From: Candidatus Omnitrophota bacterium
GTDB lineage: Bacteria; Omnitrophota; Gorgyraeia; Gorgyraeales; Gorgyraeaceae
Length of the DNA stretch: 64,000 bases
NCBI GenBank assembly: GCA_043814965.1
Contig: JBDRJN010000003.1
Coordinates: 1,600-65,599, forward strand
Reading direction: 5' to 3'
In this document: one piece after another, positions 37,995 through 48,032 of the stretch
Position numbering within the stretch: the first letter of the stretch is position 1
Layout of the letters: every line of letters begins with the position of its first letter
The notes under the pieces: generated by a model
What the model was told of the DNA's origin: nothing
What the model saw: only the letters and a program-made list of their open reading frames with translations
The model's database searches: none
Program-made: the position numbers and the translations under genes

Positions 37995-39263
37995 CTATAT
38001 ATGAAGTAGTCTTTCCAGGTTATTTTTTTCTTTATCTTTGACAGGGCCTACGACAGCTAGATTTAGCCCCTCGTCCTTAAAGACATCTTTTGCGACACGC
38101 TGTAGATCCTGGCTGGATACCCTATCAATGTTCTTTATGATCCTGTCTTTATCCGGGAGAGAATCTTTCATTATGACCTTTTCTCCAAGCCACAACATGT
38201 GGTCCATAGTATCTTCCAGGGAAAGAAGGGTCTGGACCTTGAAAAATTCTTTAGCTCTTTTAAGTTCCTTAGCCGGTACAATATGGTCTTTTATGTTTTT
38301 TAATTCTTTTAAGGCCAGGCGAAGCACCTCCTCGGCCTTTTTGTGCTCCATGCCGGCGTTTATAATAAAACTGCCTGTCTCATCATATCTTTTTACCTCG
38401 GTATATATCTCGTAAGCCAGGCCTCTTTTTTCGCGTATATTCTCAAAAAGCCTTGAAGACATATTTGCGCCAAGTAAGATATGTAAGAGGCTCATGGCAT
38501 ATCTATCTTTGTGAAATCTTCCAGAACTGCGCAGTCCCAGGCACATGTGGGTCTGGGCAGTTCTTTTGGGCGCTATCTTTATACAAGGACTGCTTTGAGG
38601 ACTTTTAAATTCCGCGATAGCCTGTGGGAGAAGCGCATTCTCAAAGGAGAGCAATCCCTTAGCTTTTTTTATTACATGGTCTTTTTTTAAGTTCCCACAC
38701 AAGACAATAGCAGTATTTTTTGGTATATAGTTTTTTCTTTTATAACTAGCTATATCCTCTCTAGATATAGAACTTACTGTCTGGATGCTGCCCGCGATAT
38801 TTCTGCCGAGAGAATGCCCAGGCCACATCAATTCATATAATGCATCGTGTACAAGATGGCCTGGCAGGTCTTTGTACATCTTGATCTCTTCGATTATGAC
38901 GGTCCTCTCTTTTTCTATTTCTTTTTTATCCAGAGATGCATTCAATACCATATCAGAAAGCACGTCCATCGCTATATCTACATGACGCGAACTTACCTTT
39001 ACAAGATAGCAGGTGATCTCTTCAGAGGTAAAGCCGTTTAACGAACCGCCCCTGCCTTCTATCTCTTCTTTTATCTTTCGTGAATTACGAGAAGGGCTGC
39101 CCTTAAATATCATATGCTCCAGAAAATGGGATATGCCTGATATCTTTTTTTCTTCGTTTCTGGAGCCGGTCTTGAGCCATATACCCAGGCTGGCTGATTC
39201 CATATTTGGCATATGGTTGAGCACCAGTCTTGAGCCGTTATCTAAGGTTATCTTTTTATACAT
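37995..39263 (-). CDS. M16-family zinc peptidase (single module)
   Basis: HxxEH motif HFLEHMIFKGS, 422 aa. Confidence 0.75.
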   Translation of the reverse strand: MYKKITLDNGSRLVLNHMPNMESASLGIWLKTGSRNEEKKISGISHFLEHMIFKGSPSRNSRKIKEEIEGRGGSLNGFTSEEITCYLVKVSSRHVDIAMDVLSDMVLNASLDKKEIEKERTVIIEEIKMYKDLPGHLVHDALYELMWPGHSLGRNIAGSIQTVSSISREDIASYKRKNYIPKNTAIVLCGNLKKDHVIKKAKGLLSFENALLPQAIAEFKSPQSSPCIKIAPKRTAQTHMCLGLRSSGRFHKDRYAMSLLHILLGANMSSRLFENIREKRGLAYEIYTEVKRYDETGSFIINAGMEHKKAEEVLRLALKELKNIKDHIVPAKELKRAKEFFKVQTLLSLEDTMDHMLWLGEKVIMKDSLPDKDRIIKNIDRVSSQDLQRVAKDVFKDEGLNLAVVGPVKDKEKNNLERLLHI

Positions 39264-39669
39264 TTGTCTCGAGGTATGTCTGCAAGATTATCTGGGCAGC
39301 TATCTTATCTATAGAAAGCTTTCTTTTCCTTCTTGATACATCTGCTTCAAGAAGGACTCTCTCGCCTTGAAGCGTTGAAAGCCTTTCATCGACAAATTCT
39401 ATTGGTATAGCCAGTTCTTTTTTTAAAGACTCGGTAAAGTCCTCTACAAGTCCTGAACTCGGGCCTTTTGTCCCGTTCATGTTTAGGGGCATCCCGATGA
39501 TTATCTTGGAGATGTTATATTGCGTCACTAAAGACTTTATCTCTTTTAAATAAGTGGTGTCGTCTTTTCTCTCTACTACGCATACTCCCTGGGCTGTCAT
39601 GTTCAATTCATCGCTGACCGCTATGCCTAATCGTTTTTTTCCAAAATCTATAGCAAGTATCCTCGGCAT
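39256..39669 (-). CDS. ruvX: Holliday junction resolvase-like RuvX/YqgF
   Basis: MPRILAIDFGKKRLGIAVSD RNase H-like N-terminus, 137 aa. Confidence 0.85.
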   Translation of the reverse strand: MPRILAIDFGKKRLGIAVSDELNMTAQGVCVVERKDDTTYLKEIKSLVTQYNISKIIIGMPLNMNGTKGPSSGLVEDFTESLKKELAIPIEFVDERLSTLQGERVLLEADVSRRKRKLSIDKIAAQIILQTYLETNV

Positions 39670-39670
39670 G

Positions 39671-40720
39671 CTAGAAGTTTCTAACGAGGGTCTTTACCTC
39701 CTGAGCCCTATTTTTATTGCATATCAAGGTCCCTGAATGTGTCTGGACCACTATGATATTCTGCAGGCCTATGATGCCTATCTTATGGTCCTGTTCTCCT
39801 ATTATAATGGAATCTTTTACATCCAAAAGGCCAGAGTTGGATAATACAATATTCCCTGAGGCATCCTTGTCGTATATCTCTTCTACGCTGGACCACGAAC
39901 CTATATCCACCCAGTCAAATCCGCCTTTTATGCAGAATATCTTAAGGGTCTTATTTTTGGCTGTGGGTTCCATGACAGCATAATCTATCGAAACAGGCTT
40001 TATGTCCCGATAAGAGTTTGACAGTTTCATAGAATACCCTCTTTTGCCATCAAACCTGACAACATCCTTTAAATTGTAATATAGGTTAGGGGTGTATCTT
40101 TTTAAAGCATTTAGTATTGAATCGACTTTCCATACAAATACTCCGCTGTTCCAAAGAAAATCTTTTTTCTTGGAGAAGAGTTCCGCGTTTTTCTTGTTAG
40201 GTTTTTCAACGAATCTTTTGACTATATATGAGTCTTTTGCTTTCGTCCCGATATTTATATATCCATAACCTATTGAAGCATATTTAGGCTTTATTCCTAT
40301 CGTTACTAGACAAGGAGAACTATCAGTAGCTACCTTTTCACCGGTCAAGAGATCATTAAAGAACATCTTGGAATTTTTTATTATATGGTCAGCTGGAAGT
40401 ATCGCCATGGCTTGATTGCCGAATCTCTTTTGTATGGTAAGCGCAGCAAGGCATACAGCGCATGCAGTGTCTTTTCCTTCTGGTTCCAGTATGATATTTT
40501 TCTTAAGAAGCATGGACGTATAGGGCCTTAATGTCGAATACTGGCTTTTTGTCGTAACAAGGAATATTTTATCTATATCCAGGTTCTCACTAAGCCTTTT
40601 TATGGTCTCTTTTATCATCACATTTCTTGTGCCAAATGTGAGAGTGTGCTTTGCTTTGCCCTTTGCGGTTTTTGGCCACAATCTCTCGCCTTTCCCCCCT
40701 GCCATTATTACAGCGTACAT
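39671..40720 (-). CDS. Mannose-1-phosphate guanylyltransferase (nucleotidyltransferase domain only)
   Basis: MYAVIMAGGKGERLWP NTP-transferase motif, 349 aa. Confidence 0.8.
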   Translation of the reverse strand: MYAVIMAGGKGERLWPKTAKGKAKHTLTFGTRNVMIKETIKRLSENLDIDKIFLVTTKSQYSTLRPYTSMLLKKNIILEPEGKDTACAVCLAALTIQKRFGNQAMAILPADHIIKNSKMFFNDLLTGEKVATDSSPCLVTIGIKPKYASIGYGYINIGTKAKDSYIVKRFVEKPNKKNAELFSKKKDFLWNSGVFVWKVDSILNALKRYTPNLYYNLKDVVRFDGKRGYSMKLSNSYRDIKPVSIDYAVMEPTAKNKTLKIFCIKGGFDWVDIGSWSSVEEIYDKDASGNIVLSNSGLLDVKDSIIIGEQDHKIGIIGLQNIIVVQTHSGTLICNKNRAQEVKTLVRNF

Positions 40721-40745
40721 AGTTTTAGGTCTCCTTGCCCTGTCC

Positions 40746-41561
40746 TTAGGTTTTAAAACTCAAAGTCTTTACAAAACTACCCACATCTTTTATTAAACTT
40801 TTTTTACCCCTATTCTCCTCTATTATTTTTATAATAGCGCTTCCTACGATCACTCCATCAGCTGACTTTGATATGGACCTGACCTGTTCCCTGGAAGATA
40901 TGCCGAATCCAACACAAATAGGTTTTTTAATGAGCTCCTTGGCTTCTTTTAGGTTTTTGAATATCTCTTTCGAGAGTGCTTTTCTAGCGCCAGTCGTCCC
41001 TGTAAGAGATACATAATATACAAATCCGGTTGAGGCGGTTCCGATCATCTTTAATCTCTTCTTTGAGCTGGTAGGAGCAGCCAGATGTATAAGTGAAAAA
41101 TTGTATTTTTTTGAGATCTTTCTTAATTCATAAGATTCTTCAATAGGCAGGTCAGGTACGACTATACCATCTACACCTGAAGAAGACATCTTTTTTATGG
41201 ATCTTTCAAGGCCATAATAGTGTAAGAGATTATAATATATAAGAAATACTATGGGAGTGTCGGATATTTTCCTAACATCTTTTACCATGTTGGATGCAGA
41301 ATCCAGATTCGCGCCTTTTTTCAACGCTCTTTCTGATGAGCGCTGTATAGTAGGCCCGTCTGCGAGAGGGTCAGAAAAAGGTATCCCAAGCTCTATTATA
41401 TCTGTGCCATTTTTCTCTAATTCAAATATCAGCTTTTTGGTCGTAGGTAGATCCGGGTCGCCAGCCATTATAAATGATATAAAAACCTTACGTTTATTTT
41501 TCTTCAAGTCTCTGAATTTTTTATCTATACGGTTCATATTTTTACTTGTGGCTTGTGTCAT
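40746..41561 (-). CDS. trpA: Tryptophan synthase alpha chain
   Basis: 271 aa with TrpA TIM-barrel motifs ([18 protein letters not shown]). Confidence 0.85.
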   Translation of the reverse strand: MTQATSKNMNRIDKKFRDLKKNKRKVFISFIMAGDPDLPTTKKLIFELEKNGTDIIELGIPFSDPLADGPTIQRSSERALKKGANLDSASNMVKDVRKISDTPIVFLIYYNLLHYYGLERSIKKMSSSGVDGIVVPDLPIEESYELRKISKKYNFSLIHLAAPTSSKKRLKMIGTASTGFVYYVSLTGTTGARKALSKEIFKNLKEAKELIKKPICVGFGISSREQVRSISKSADGVIVGSAIIKIIEENRGKKSLIKDVGSFVKTLSFKT

Positions 41562-42742
41562 GTGACTTGCGTCATGTGGCTCTTAATTATGTCTATATCC
41601 TTGTCCCCTCTTCCAGAGAGACACACCACTATGATCTTATTTTTCTTTAACTTTGGGGCTAGTTTTTCTACTGCGTAATATATCGCATGGCTTGGCTCAA
41701 GCGCAGGTATGATACCCTCGATCCTGCTTAACATGTTAAAACCAATAAGCGCTTCTTTGTCAGTGATAGCTACGTAGTTCGCTCTCTTTATCTTTTTATA
41801 ATACGAGTGTTCAGGTCCAACTCCAGGATAATCAAGGCCAGCGGATATTGAATGAGCTATCCTTATCTGACCATAGTCGTCCTGTAATAGATAGCTTTTG
41901 GAGCCATGCAATATTCCTGGCTCTCCTTTACAGAGAGCAGCGCCATGTTTTTTTGTATTAAGGCCCAGGCCCCCTGCCTCAACTCCGATGAGATTCACTT
42001 TTGTATTAAAAAAATCATGAAAGATCCCCATGGCATTACTTCCTCCGCCAACGCATGCAACAACATAGTCAGGCAATCTTCCTTCATATTTCAGTATATC
42101 TTTTTTGGTCTCCCTGCCTATTACTGACTGAAAGTCCCTTACGATCATTGGATAAGGATGAGGCCCTACTACAGAGCCTATTATATAATGAGTTGTGCGG
42201 ACATTTGTCACCCAGTCTCGTATTGCTTCATTGGTAGCGTCTTTCAATGTTTTGCTGCCAGAAGATACTGGTACTACTCTAGCGCCAAGTAGTTTCATCT
42301 TGAATACATTCAGCGCCTGGCGATGTATATCCTCCACCCCCATATACACTTCACAAGGAAGCCCGAATACAGCTGCTGCAGTGGCTGTTGCAACACCATG
42401 CTGTCCTGCGCCTGTCTCAGCTATAATGCGCTTTTTACCCATCTTTACAGCTAAAAGCGCTTGGCCCAGGGTGTTATTTATTTTATGAGCACCTGTATGG
42501 AGAAGATCCTCTCTTTTTAGATAGATATTTGTATTAGTTTTTTTAGATAAATTTTTGGCAAAATAAAGCGGAGTAGGCCTTCCAGCATATAGCTCTAGAA
42601 GCTTTTTAAGGTCTTTTTTGAAAGAGATGTTCTTAATAGCTTTTTTGTACTCTTTTTCAAGCTCTTCCAGGGCTATCATGAGAGTCTCTGGCACGAACTT
42701 ACCGCCAAATTCCAAAAACTTGCCTTTTTTGTCAGGTATCAT
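41558..42742 (-). CDS. trpB: Tryptophan synthase beta chain
   Basis: [10 protein letters not shown]...[12 protein letters not shown] motifs. 394 aa with a 4-nt overlap with trpA. Confidence 0.9.
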   Translation of the reverse strand: MIPDKKGKFLEFGGKFVPETLMIALEELEKEYKKAIKNISFKKDLKKLLELYAGRPTPLYFAKNLSKKTNTNIYLKREDLLHTGAHKINNTLGQALLAVKMGKKRIIAETGAGQHGVATATAAAVFGLPCEVYMGVEDIHRQALNVFKMKLLGARVVPVSSGSKTLKDATNEAIRDWVTNVRTTHYIIGSVVGPHPYPMIVRDFQSVIGRETKKDILKYEGRLPDYVVACVGGGSNAMGIFHDFFNTKVNLIGVEAGGLGLNTKKHGAALCKGEPGILHGSKSYLLQDDYGQIRIAHSISAGLDYPGVGPEHSYYKKIKRANYVAITDKEALIGFNMLSRIEGIIPALEPSHAIYYAVEKLAPKLKKNKIIVVCLSGRGDKDIDIIKSHMTQVT

Positions 42743-42768
42743 AACTATATCTCCAATATAGGATATAA

Positions 42769-42797
42769 ATTATATATTATAAATAGCTTTGTGTCAA
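42769..42797 (-). promoter_or_regulatory. Consensus sigma70 promoter upstream of trpB
   Basis: Minus strand reads TTGACA-17nt-TATAAT exactly, about 30 nt upstream of the trpB ATG, followed by SD GGAGAT. No leader peptide or attenuator is apparent. Confidence 0.5.
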
Positions 42798-42959
42798 CCT
42801 GCAAAATAGGAGATATGTCACTTGGGAACACGTTACTGATATTTAAGGTAGAACAGGTTTAAGATTGGCTCAAGAATCATCTCTGGAAGACTTATCCATG
42901 ACACTTTCCCGATTGGGAAAAGGGCGGTTTCCTTCACAGCTTGGAAAACGTCTCTGGGT

Positions 42960-44921
42960 TTAGTCTATGATCGTTTCGCACTCGGGGATCGAGTTTAGGA
43001 AAGTCTGGCCGTATGGTTTGTCTATTATGCGGCTATCGAGGATGGCTATTATGCCTGTGTCGGATTTACTTCTTATGAGCCTTCCGAACCCTTGTTTGAA
43101 CCTCAACACTGCTTCAGGTAAACTATACTCCAAAAATGCATCCCTGCCTTTATTTTTTATGTCATCCATCCTGGCCTGTGTTATCGGGTGGTCAGGGACC
43201 TGGAAAGGCAGTTTTGTTATTATGACATTAGAGAGCGCTTCGCCCTGGACATCCACTCCCTGCCAAAAACTGTCAACGCCAAAAAGAATAGACCCTTTTT
43301 GTTTTTTAAAATCCCTCAACATCTTGCTCCTATCAAGCCCATTGTCTTGCTTTAACACGTTAAACTTTTTCTCTGCAAAAAAATCCTCAAGCTCTTCATA
43401 GACCATGTTCATGAGAGAATAACTTGTAAAAAGCACAAATGCGTTTCCGCTGGTAAGCCCTACCAGCTTTTTGATCTTTTGGGATGATGCCCTGGCAAAA
43501 TCTACCAAGTGATTAGGGTTTGGCATGCCCTTGGCTATATACATCCGGACCTGTTTTTTGTAATCAAATGATGAGCCTAGCTTTAGTTCCCTGGCATTTT
43601 TTATGCCTAAGCGGCTCTTGAAATACAAAAAAGAAGCATTGTCTATGGAAAGCGTAGCGCTTGTAAATATCGTGGCCTTTTCCATAGAATAAAGCCTTTC
43701 TTCCATTATCTCGCCTATATTTACTGGCGCAATATTGATAGAGACCTTGCTGGACCTATCTTTTCCTGAACACTCCATCCAATAGACATGATTATCGAGG
43801 TCATGCCTCAATATGATATCAAGGGACGTCTTTATGTCGCTTATCTTTTTTATAAGGGACGTTAATTCTACCTGCCCTTCTTTATCGTCAGTATCTTTCT
43901 TGGAATCCATAAGGCTCTCTATCAGCTTTGTCAAAGGCGCCTGGAGGCTGTTTTCTATAAAATCCGGGGTATTGATCATCATGGAATCAGATTTATTGTC
44001 TTTTGCATGGCTTTCGAAATATTTCTTTATTTTTTTAAAAAAACTTTCACTTTTTTTCCGTACTGCCTGCGACCATTCCATGGAATCCTGGGAACCTACG
44101 GTAAGCAAGATACCTTTTTGTTTTTGAGGATTGAATAAAAGGTCCATGAGATATCTTATATAAGAATTGGATACGCTTAAGCCCAGGTGCTCTGTAGCTA
44201 CGTTCTCTATAGAATGCGCTTCGTCAAAGACAATAGTATCATAGTCAGGCAATATAGATTTACTTTCTTCGCTCATGGCTAAATTTGAAAAGAACAGGCT
44301 GTGATTGATGACCAATATCTTTGCATTATCTATCTTTTCCCTGGCATTTTGAAAAAAACAGGCCTTAAAATAAGGGCAGGCCTTTCCCATGCAGTTTTCT
44401 GGATCCGATGAGACCATGTCCCATACTTTTCTATCTATCTTTTCGTCCAGGTCATAGAGCGAGCCATCGGATGTCCTGTAAGACCATGCTGTTACCCTGG
44501 CAAACTGCATCACCTCGTTCTCGTCTGAAAAAAGGTCTTTTTGCTTAAAATCAGACCTTCTCAGCCTTCTAAGGCATAGATAATTCCCTCTGCCTTTTAC
44601 AAGTACTGCCTTAAAATCAATACCCAGGGCGTTTTCTAAAAAAGGTATGTCCTTATGTATGATCTGTTCCTGTAGATTGATCGTGTTTGTGGATATGACG
44701 GCTACGGAGTCTTTTTTTAGCGTGTATTGCGCTATAGGGATAAGATATGAAAAGCTTTTTCCGACACCAGTACCAGCCTCGACAATAAGCGTCTCGGATC
44801 TAGAGATAGCATCTTTTATTGCCTCTGCCATCTCGACCTGTTCAGGCCTCTTTTCATAGCCTGGCAAAACTTTCGCTATAGGCCCTGATTCATCGAATAT
44901 ATTTTCTATATAATTACTCAT
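42960..44921 (-). CDS. dinG: DinG/Rad3-family ATP-dependent DNA helicase
   Basis: GTGVGKS Walker A, DEAH box (VFDEAHSIE) and the C-terminal helicase motifs. 653 aa. Confidence 0.75.
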   Translation of the reverse strand: MSNYIENIFDESGPIAKVLPGYEKRPEQVEMAEAIKDAISRSETLIVEAGTGVGKSFSYLIPIAQYTLKKDSVAVISTNTINLQEQIIHKDIPFLENALGIDFKAVLVKGRGNYLCLRRLRRSDFKQKDLFSDENEVMQFARVTAWSYRTSDGSLYDLDEKIDRKVWDMVSSDPENCMGKACPYFKACFFQNAREKIDNAKILVINHSLFFSNLAMSEESKSILPDYDTIVFDEAHSIENVATEHLGLSVSNSYIRYLMDLLFNPQKQKGILLTVGSQDSMEWSQAVRKKSESFFKKIKKYFESHAKDNKSDSMMINTPDFIENSLQAPLTKLIESLMDSKKDTDDKEGQVELTSLIKKISDIKTSLDIILRHDLDNHVYWMECSGKDRSSKVSINIAPVNIGEIMEERLYSMEKATIFTSATLSIDNASFLYFKSRLGIKNARELKLGSSFDYKKQVRMYIAKGMPNPNHLVDFARASSQKIKKLVGLTSGNAFVLFTSYSLMNMVYEELEDFFAEKKFNVLKQDNGLDRSKMLRDFKKQKGSILFGVDSFWQGVDVQGEALSNVIITKLPFQVPDHPITQARMDDIKNKGRDAFLEYSLPEAVLRFKQGFGRLIRSKSDTGIIAILDSRIIDKPYGQTFLNSIPECETIID

Positions 44922-44958
44922 AATTTATTCCTTGCCAACCAAGAACAAATAAAGCTGC

Positions 44959-45120
44959 ATCCTGCCTGTCTGTGAGTGCTGTTTGAGAGGCCTTTTTCTT
45001 TTGAGCGGGCACGGTTCGCCCTTATGTATATCAGGCGGGAGCGAAAAAGAAAACGGAGTAAAATTTCCACGCCGGGGAAATTTTACGTCCTCGAGAACAG
45101 TACTCACAGGCAGGCAGGAT
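44959..45120 (+). repeat. Structured repeat element, copy 1 (about 162 nt) closed by a 25-bp terminal inverted repeat
   Basis: TIR ATCCTGCCTGTCTGTGAGTGCTGTT / AACAGTACTCACAGGCAGGCAGGAT (23/25). The internal core is about 90% identical to the reverse complement of 55692-55844. It abuts the plsY stop codon. Confidence 0.6.
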
Positions 45121-45752
45121 CATCTCTTACTTTTACTAAAGAGCTTTATTTTTCTTTCTTCGCCTTCTTTTAGGCGTTTTATGTTGGAGCGGTGCTTATA
45201 TACTATCACTATGCATAATAGTGACATCACGACCACTATTTCTGTGCTTTTATTGAATAAGAACGTCAGGATAGGTATTGCGATAGCTGCTACGATAGAA
45301 GCCAGCGACACATAACCTGTTACACCAAACACAACCGCCCATACAATAAAGCCAAGTATAAAGATCTTCGGTATAAGCCCTACTATCACGCCTGCGCTGG
45401 TTGCTACGCCTTTTCCGCCTTTGAACCTAAGGAACACTGTCCAGTTATGGCCTGCTATCACTGATAGGCCCATGAGTACTTTATATAATTCTGGCCTTGT
45501 AAAAGGAGCTATATACATAAATAGATCTGCAAGATAAGTTACCGCGATATAGCCTTTTAGCATATCTGCTAGGAGGACTACGATACCAGGGGCTTTACCA
45601 ACAACCCTGAATGTATTGGTAGCGCCTATATTACCGCTTCCGAACTGCCTTATATCAATACCTTTTACGATCTTTCCAGCAATATAGGCAGTAGGTATAG
45701 AGCCTATGATGTATGTTACCAACAGGCCTAAAGATAATACAAGATATGACAT
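45120..45752 (-). CDS. plsY: Glycerol-3-phosphate acyltransferase PlsY
   Basis: SGNIGATNTFRVVG motif, 210 aa, polytopic. Confidence 0.85.
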   Translation of the reverse strand: MSYLVLSLGLLVTYIIGSIPTAYIAGKIVKGIDIRQFGSGNIGATNTFRVVGKAPGIVVLLADMLKGYIAVTYLADLFMYIAPFTRPELYKVLMGLSVIAGHNWTVFLRFKGGKGVATSAGVIVGLIPKIFILGFIVWAVVFGVTGYVSLASIVAAIAIPILTFLFNKSTEIVVVMSLLCIVIVYKHRSNIKRLKEGEERKIKLFSKSKR

Positions 45753-45801
45753 AACTGCTCCTTATAAGTTTGACTTCGCAGCCAACTTATTAAAAACAAC
45801 A

Positions 45802-46362
45802 TCACGAGGCTTCACTCAATTCCTTTGAACCTCTCCAGATATAGTCCAGCCCTGAGAAAAAAGTAAGGACCACTGCCGGATAGAGAAAAAATTTATTAAA
45901 ACTAACGGGTATTAGTATAGCCATAATAGCTATCATCTGAAAAAAGGTCGTTATCTTACCGAGGATACTGGGCCTTATTTTTACAGTCCCTTTTATGAAA
46001 TATATTATCAGTGCTCCCAGGACTATGATAATATCACGGCTAAGGACTATCAGGACTATCCATGCGGGTATTTTTAAGTCTATGGGTAGGTTTTTTATAG
46101 CAGAAAGTGAAATAAATGCGCTTATTATAAGTATTTTATCAGCTATGGGGTCCAGGATCACTCCTAGTTCTGTTATCTGATCCCTGCTTCTAGCTATCCC
46201 GCCGTCTATGGCATCTGTGAGGCTGGCTAATGCGAATATGCCAAAGGCTATGAGTCTGAGATAACTACTTCTATTGTAATACAACATGCACGCTATAAAA
46301 AATGGCGCTGTCAAAAGCCGGATCATAGTAATCTTATTTGCCAGGTTCATAAATGAGCTCAC
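45802..46362 (-). CDS. pgsA: CDP-diacylglycerol--glycerol-3-phosphate 3-phosphatidyltransferase (CDP-alcohol phosphatidyltransferase family)
   Basis: DAIDGGIAR...ILDPIADK CDP-OH-P motif, 186 aa. Confidence 0.8.
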   Translation of the reverse strand: MSSFMNLANKITMIRLLTAPFFIACMLYYNRSSYLRLIAFGIFALASLTDAIDGGIARSRDQITELGVILDPIADKILIISAFISLSAIKNLPIDLKIPAWIVLIVLSRDIIIVLGALIIYFIKGTVKIRPSILGKITTFFQMIAIMAILIPVSFNKFFLYPAVVLTFFSGLDYIWRGSKELSEAS

Positions 46363-46438
46363 AATTTACGCAACTGAAAGGAGAGTAAATTGTATGAGCG
46401 AATTTATCCCGAGTCCCTCGCGTCACACATTATTCAAT

Positions 46439-46458
46439 AAAGACCCTCGGGACGAGGG
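46439..46458 (-). terminator. Weak hairpin/terminator candidate after acsC
   Basis: CCCTCG-UCC-CGAGGG followed by UCUUUAUU on the minus strand, 10 nt after the acsC stop. Confidence 0.3.
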
Positions 46459-46467
46459 ATACGTGGT

Positions 46468-47808
46468 TTAGTTACTCCATACTTCCTTTAAATACTTAGG
46501 GATCGATGAAGCCTCTTTTGGACCGACAAGCACTTTCCAGCCGGACGTATCTTCTAATTTACCGCTTATGACTGATACGTACCCAGGTATTATTATCTTC
46601 CTGTGCGACACTGCTTCTTCTGCGCCAAATTTTTTGAGCGTATCAGCTATGATCTCCGGTGTAAATTTTTCTGCTGCCCATGCTGTCAAGACGCTCATCC
46701 CTTCGCTATCAGTCACCAATAGATACGCTGCCATCTTGCTGGATTCTATCTCAGGAGAGACAGTATAAAATGTGAGTGAGAAATTTGTCGTAACTAAAAT
46801 AGGAGAGTTTTTATCAACAGCTCCAAATGAGTATAGCTTTGGCTCTACTGTAATAGGCTTTTGGGGGTCTGTGTATATGTTCTGACGAAGCGTCAGTATT
46901 GGTAAAAGTACGTCTTTGTCCAAAGAATCTATCACTATAATACCAGCGTATTTAGCGATACAAAGAGAAGCCTTGCTGACTATATCGTATTTATCAGCTC
47001 CTTTTATAAAAGATATTACAGGATACCCCAAGGCTCTATAATTTTTCTTTAGAGAAAGCCTTCTTATCTGGGTAAAGTCATTTACAGCCCTGTTCAATGA
47101 ATCAGGCTGACTATCCAACACTATCTCCTCTACTCCCAGGGATATCGCTTCATTTGATAATCTATCAAGCTCCTCGAGATCCGAAGCCTTAAGAGCGATC
47201 GGCACCTTAAAAGACTTGGCTATCCCTGAGATCTCTTTTATGTTTTCTGTAGTTGCTGCGTATACAAGAGGCCTTCTGTCAGCGCATTTTTTTAATGCCT
47301 CTTCAATGGTCTTATGATCGCTGCTGACAAGTATCAGGGCTTTTTTTGAATTTGCCAGGATATTATCAAGAGCTTTTAAGAAAGCTCCACTCGAAGCGCT
47401 CTTATTGACCAGGGCTATAGCGTCCAAAGTGATGTGGAGCCCCACTCTTTCAAAAGATGTTCCTTCTATAGCCTTTATCCTATCCAGTAGAGCCTTTTCA
47501 TCAAGAGTATCCTCGACGCTGACAGAGATGACAGTCTGGTTATAAAACGTCTTTTCATGACGAAAAAGCACTGTCTCTCCGCCCGCATTTAGTTTTTCTT
47601 CGCCAGAACCAATGCTTATTGTAGCTATCGGCGGTTTTGAGGCCTGGTCAAGAGATAGTTTTGCTTCTTCTGATATGTCAGGACATTCGCTTAATGACGC
47701 TTTTTTCATAGCAAGCTTCATCGCGAACGCAAGGCATGTCGGGGAACCGCATTTCTTACAATTTGTCTTAGGCAATAACTTATAGATGTCTAAACCTGAT
47801 AGAGCCAT
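46468..47808 (-). CDS. acsC: Corrinoid iron-sulfur protein large (gamma) subunit
   Basis: N-terminal Cx2Cx4C...C 4Fe-4S motif (CKKCGSPTCLAF...SECP) and a B12-binding C-terminus. 446 aa, as in Moorella AcsC. Confidence 0.85.
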   Translation of the reverse strand: MALSGLDIYKLLPKTNCKKCGSPTCLAFAMKLAMKKASLSECPDISEEAKLSLDQASKPPIATISIGSGEEKLNAGGETVLFRHEKTFYNQTVISVSVEDTLDEKALLDRIKAIEGTSFERVGLHITLDAIALVNKSASSGAFLKALDNILANSKKALILVSSDHKTIEEALKKCADRRPLVYAATTENIKEISGIAKSFKVPIALKASDLEELDRLSNEAISLGVEEIVLDSQPDSLNRAVNDFTQIRRLSLKKNYRALGYPVISFIKGADKYDIVSKASLCIAKYAGIIVIDSLDKDVLLPILTLRQNIYTDPQKPITVEPKLYSFGAVDKNSPILVTTNFSLTFYTVSPEIESSKMAAYLLVTDSEGMSVLTAWAAEKFTPEIIADTLKKFGAEEAVSHRKIIIPGYVSVISGKLEDTSGWKVLVGPKEASSIPKYLKEVWSN

Positions 47809-47883
47809 GATATATCCTTTCTATATTTATATCTTATTTACCCGCCTACGCAATAATAAACTGAATAATAGTTCTGCTACGGC

Positions 47884-48032
47884 GGATAAATTCGGACAGT
47901 GACTTACATTCACTCCGCCCGGCCTGCTGTTAAGCAAGCTCCGTAAACATTATACAGAATTATTATCCCTCGACATACAGTGTCATGCGATTATGGCTCG
48001 GGATAAATTCGGACAGTGACTTACATTCACTC
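47884..48032. repeat. Two 32-nt direct repeats (47884-47915 and 48001-48032) in the acsB-acsC spacer, plus a 10-bp hairpin at 48017-48055
   Basis: GGATAAATTCGGACAGTGACTTACATTCACTC occurs twice, 117 nt apart. GTGACTTACA (48017-48026) pairs with TGTAAGTCAC (48046-48055). Confidence 0.55.

Noticed and set aside
42743-42959. trp attenuator, leader peptide or T-box upstream of trpB
   Set aside because: The consensus promoter lies about 30 nt from the ATG, leaving no room for a leader peptide or antiterminator. No Trp-codon mini-ORF and no T-box AGGGUGGNACCGCG motif are present. The TTTCCC-AATC-GGGAAA hairpin further upstream lacks a U-tract and lies downstream of dinG.
44925-45315. Short ORFs inside the repeat elements (44925..45107 -, 44976..45173 +, 44983..45315 +, 55801..55989 +)
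   Set aside because: They lie within the structured repeat copies, overlap each other in several frames, have no SD or homology, and their sequence is explained by the repeat. I do not consider them coding.
47884-48032. Possible CRISPR array suggested by identical 32-nt direct repeats
   Set aside because: There are only two repeat copies, separated by 117 nt, which is much longer than a CRISPR spacer. The repeat is not followed by further units and there are no cas genes in the window. It is better interpreted as regulatory or structural repeats in the acsB-acsC spacer.
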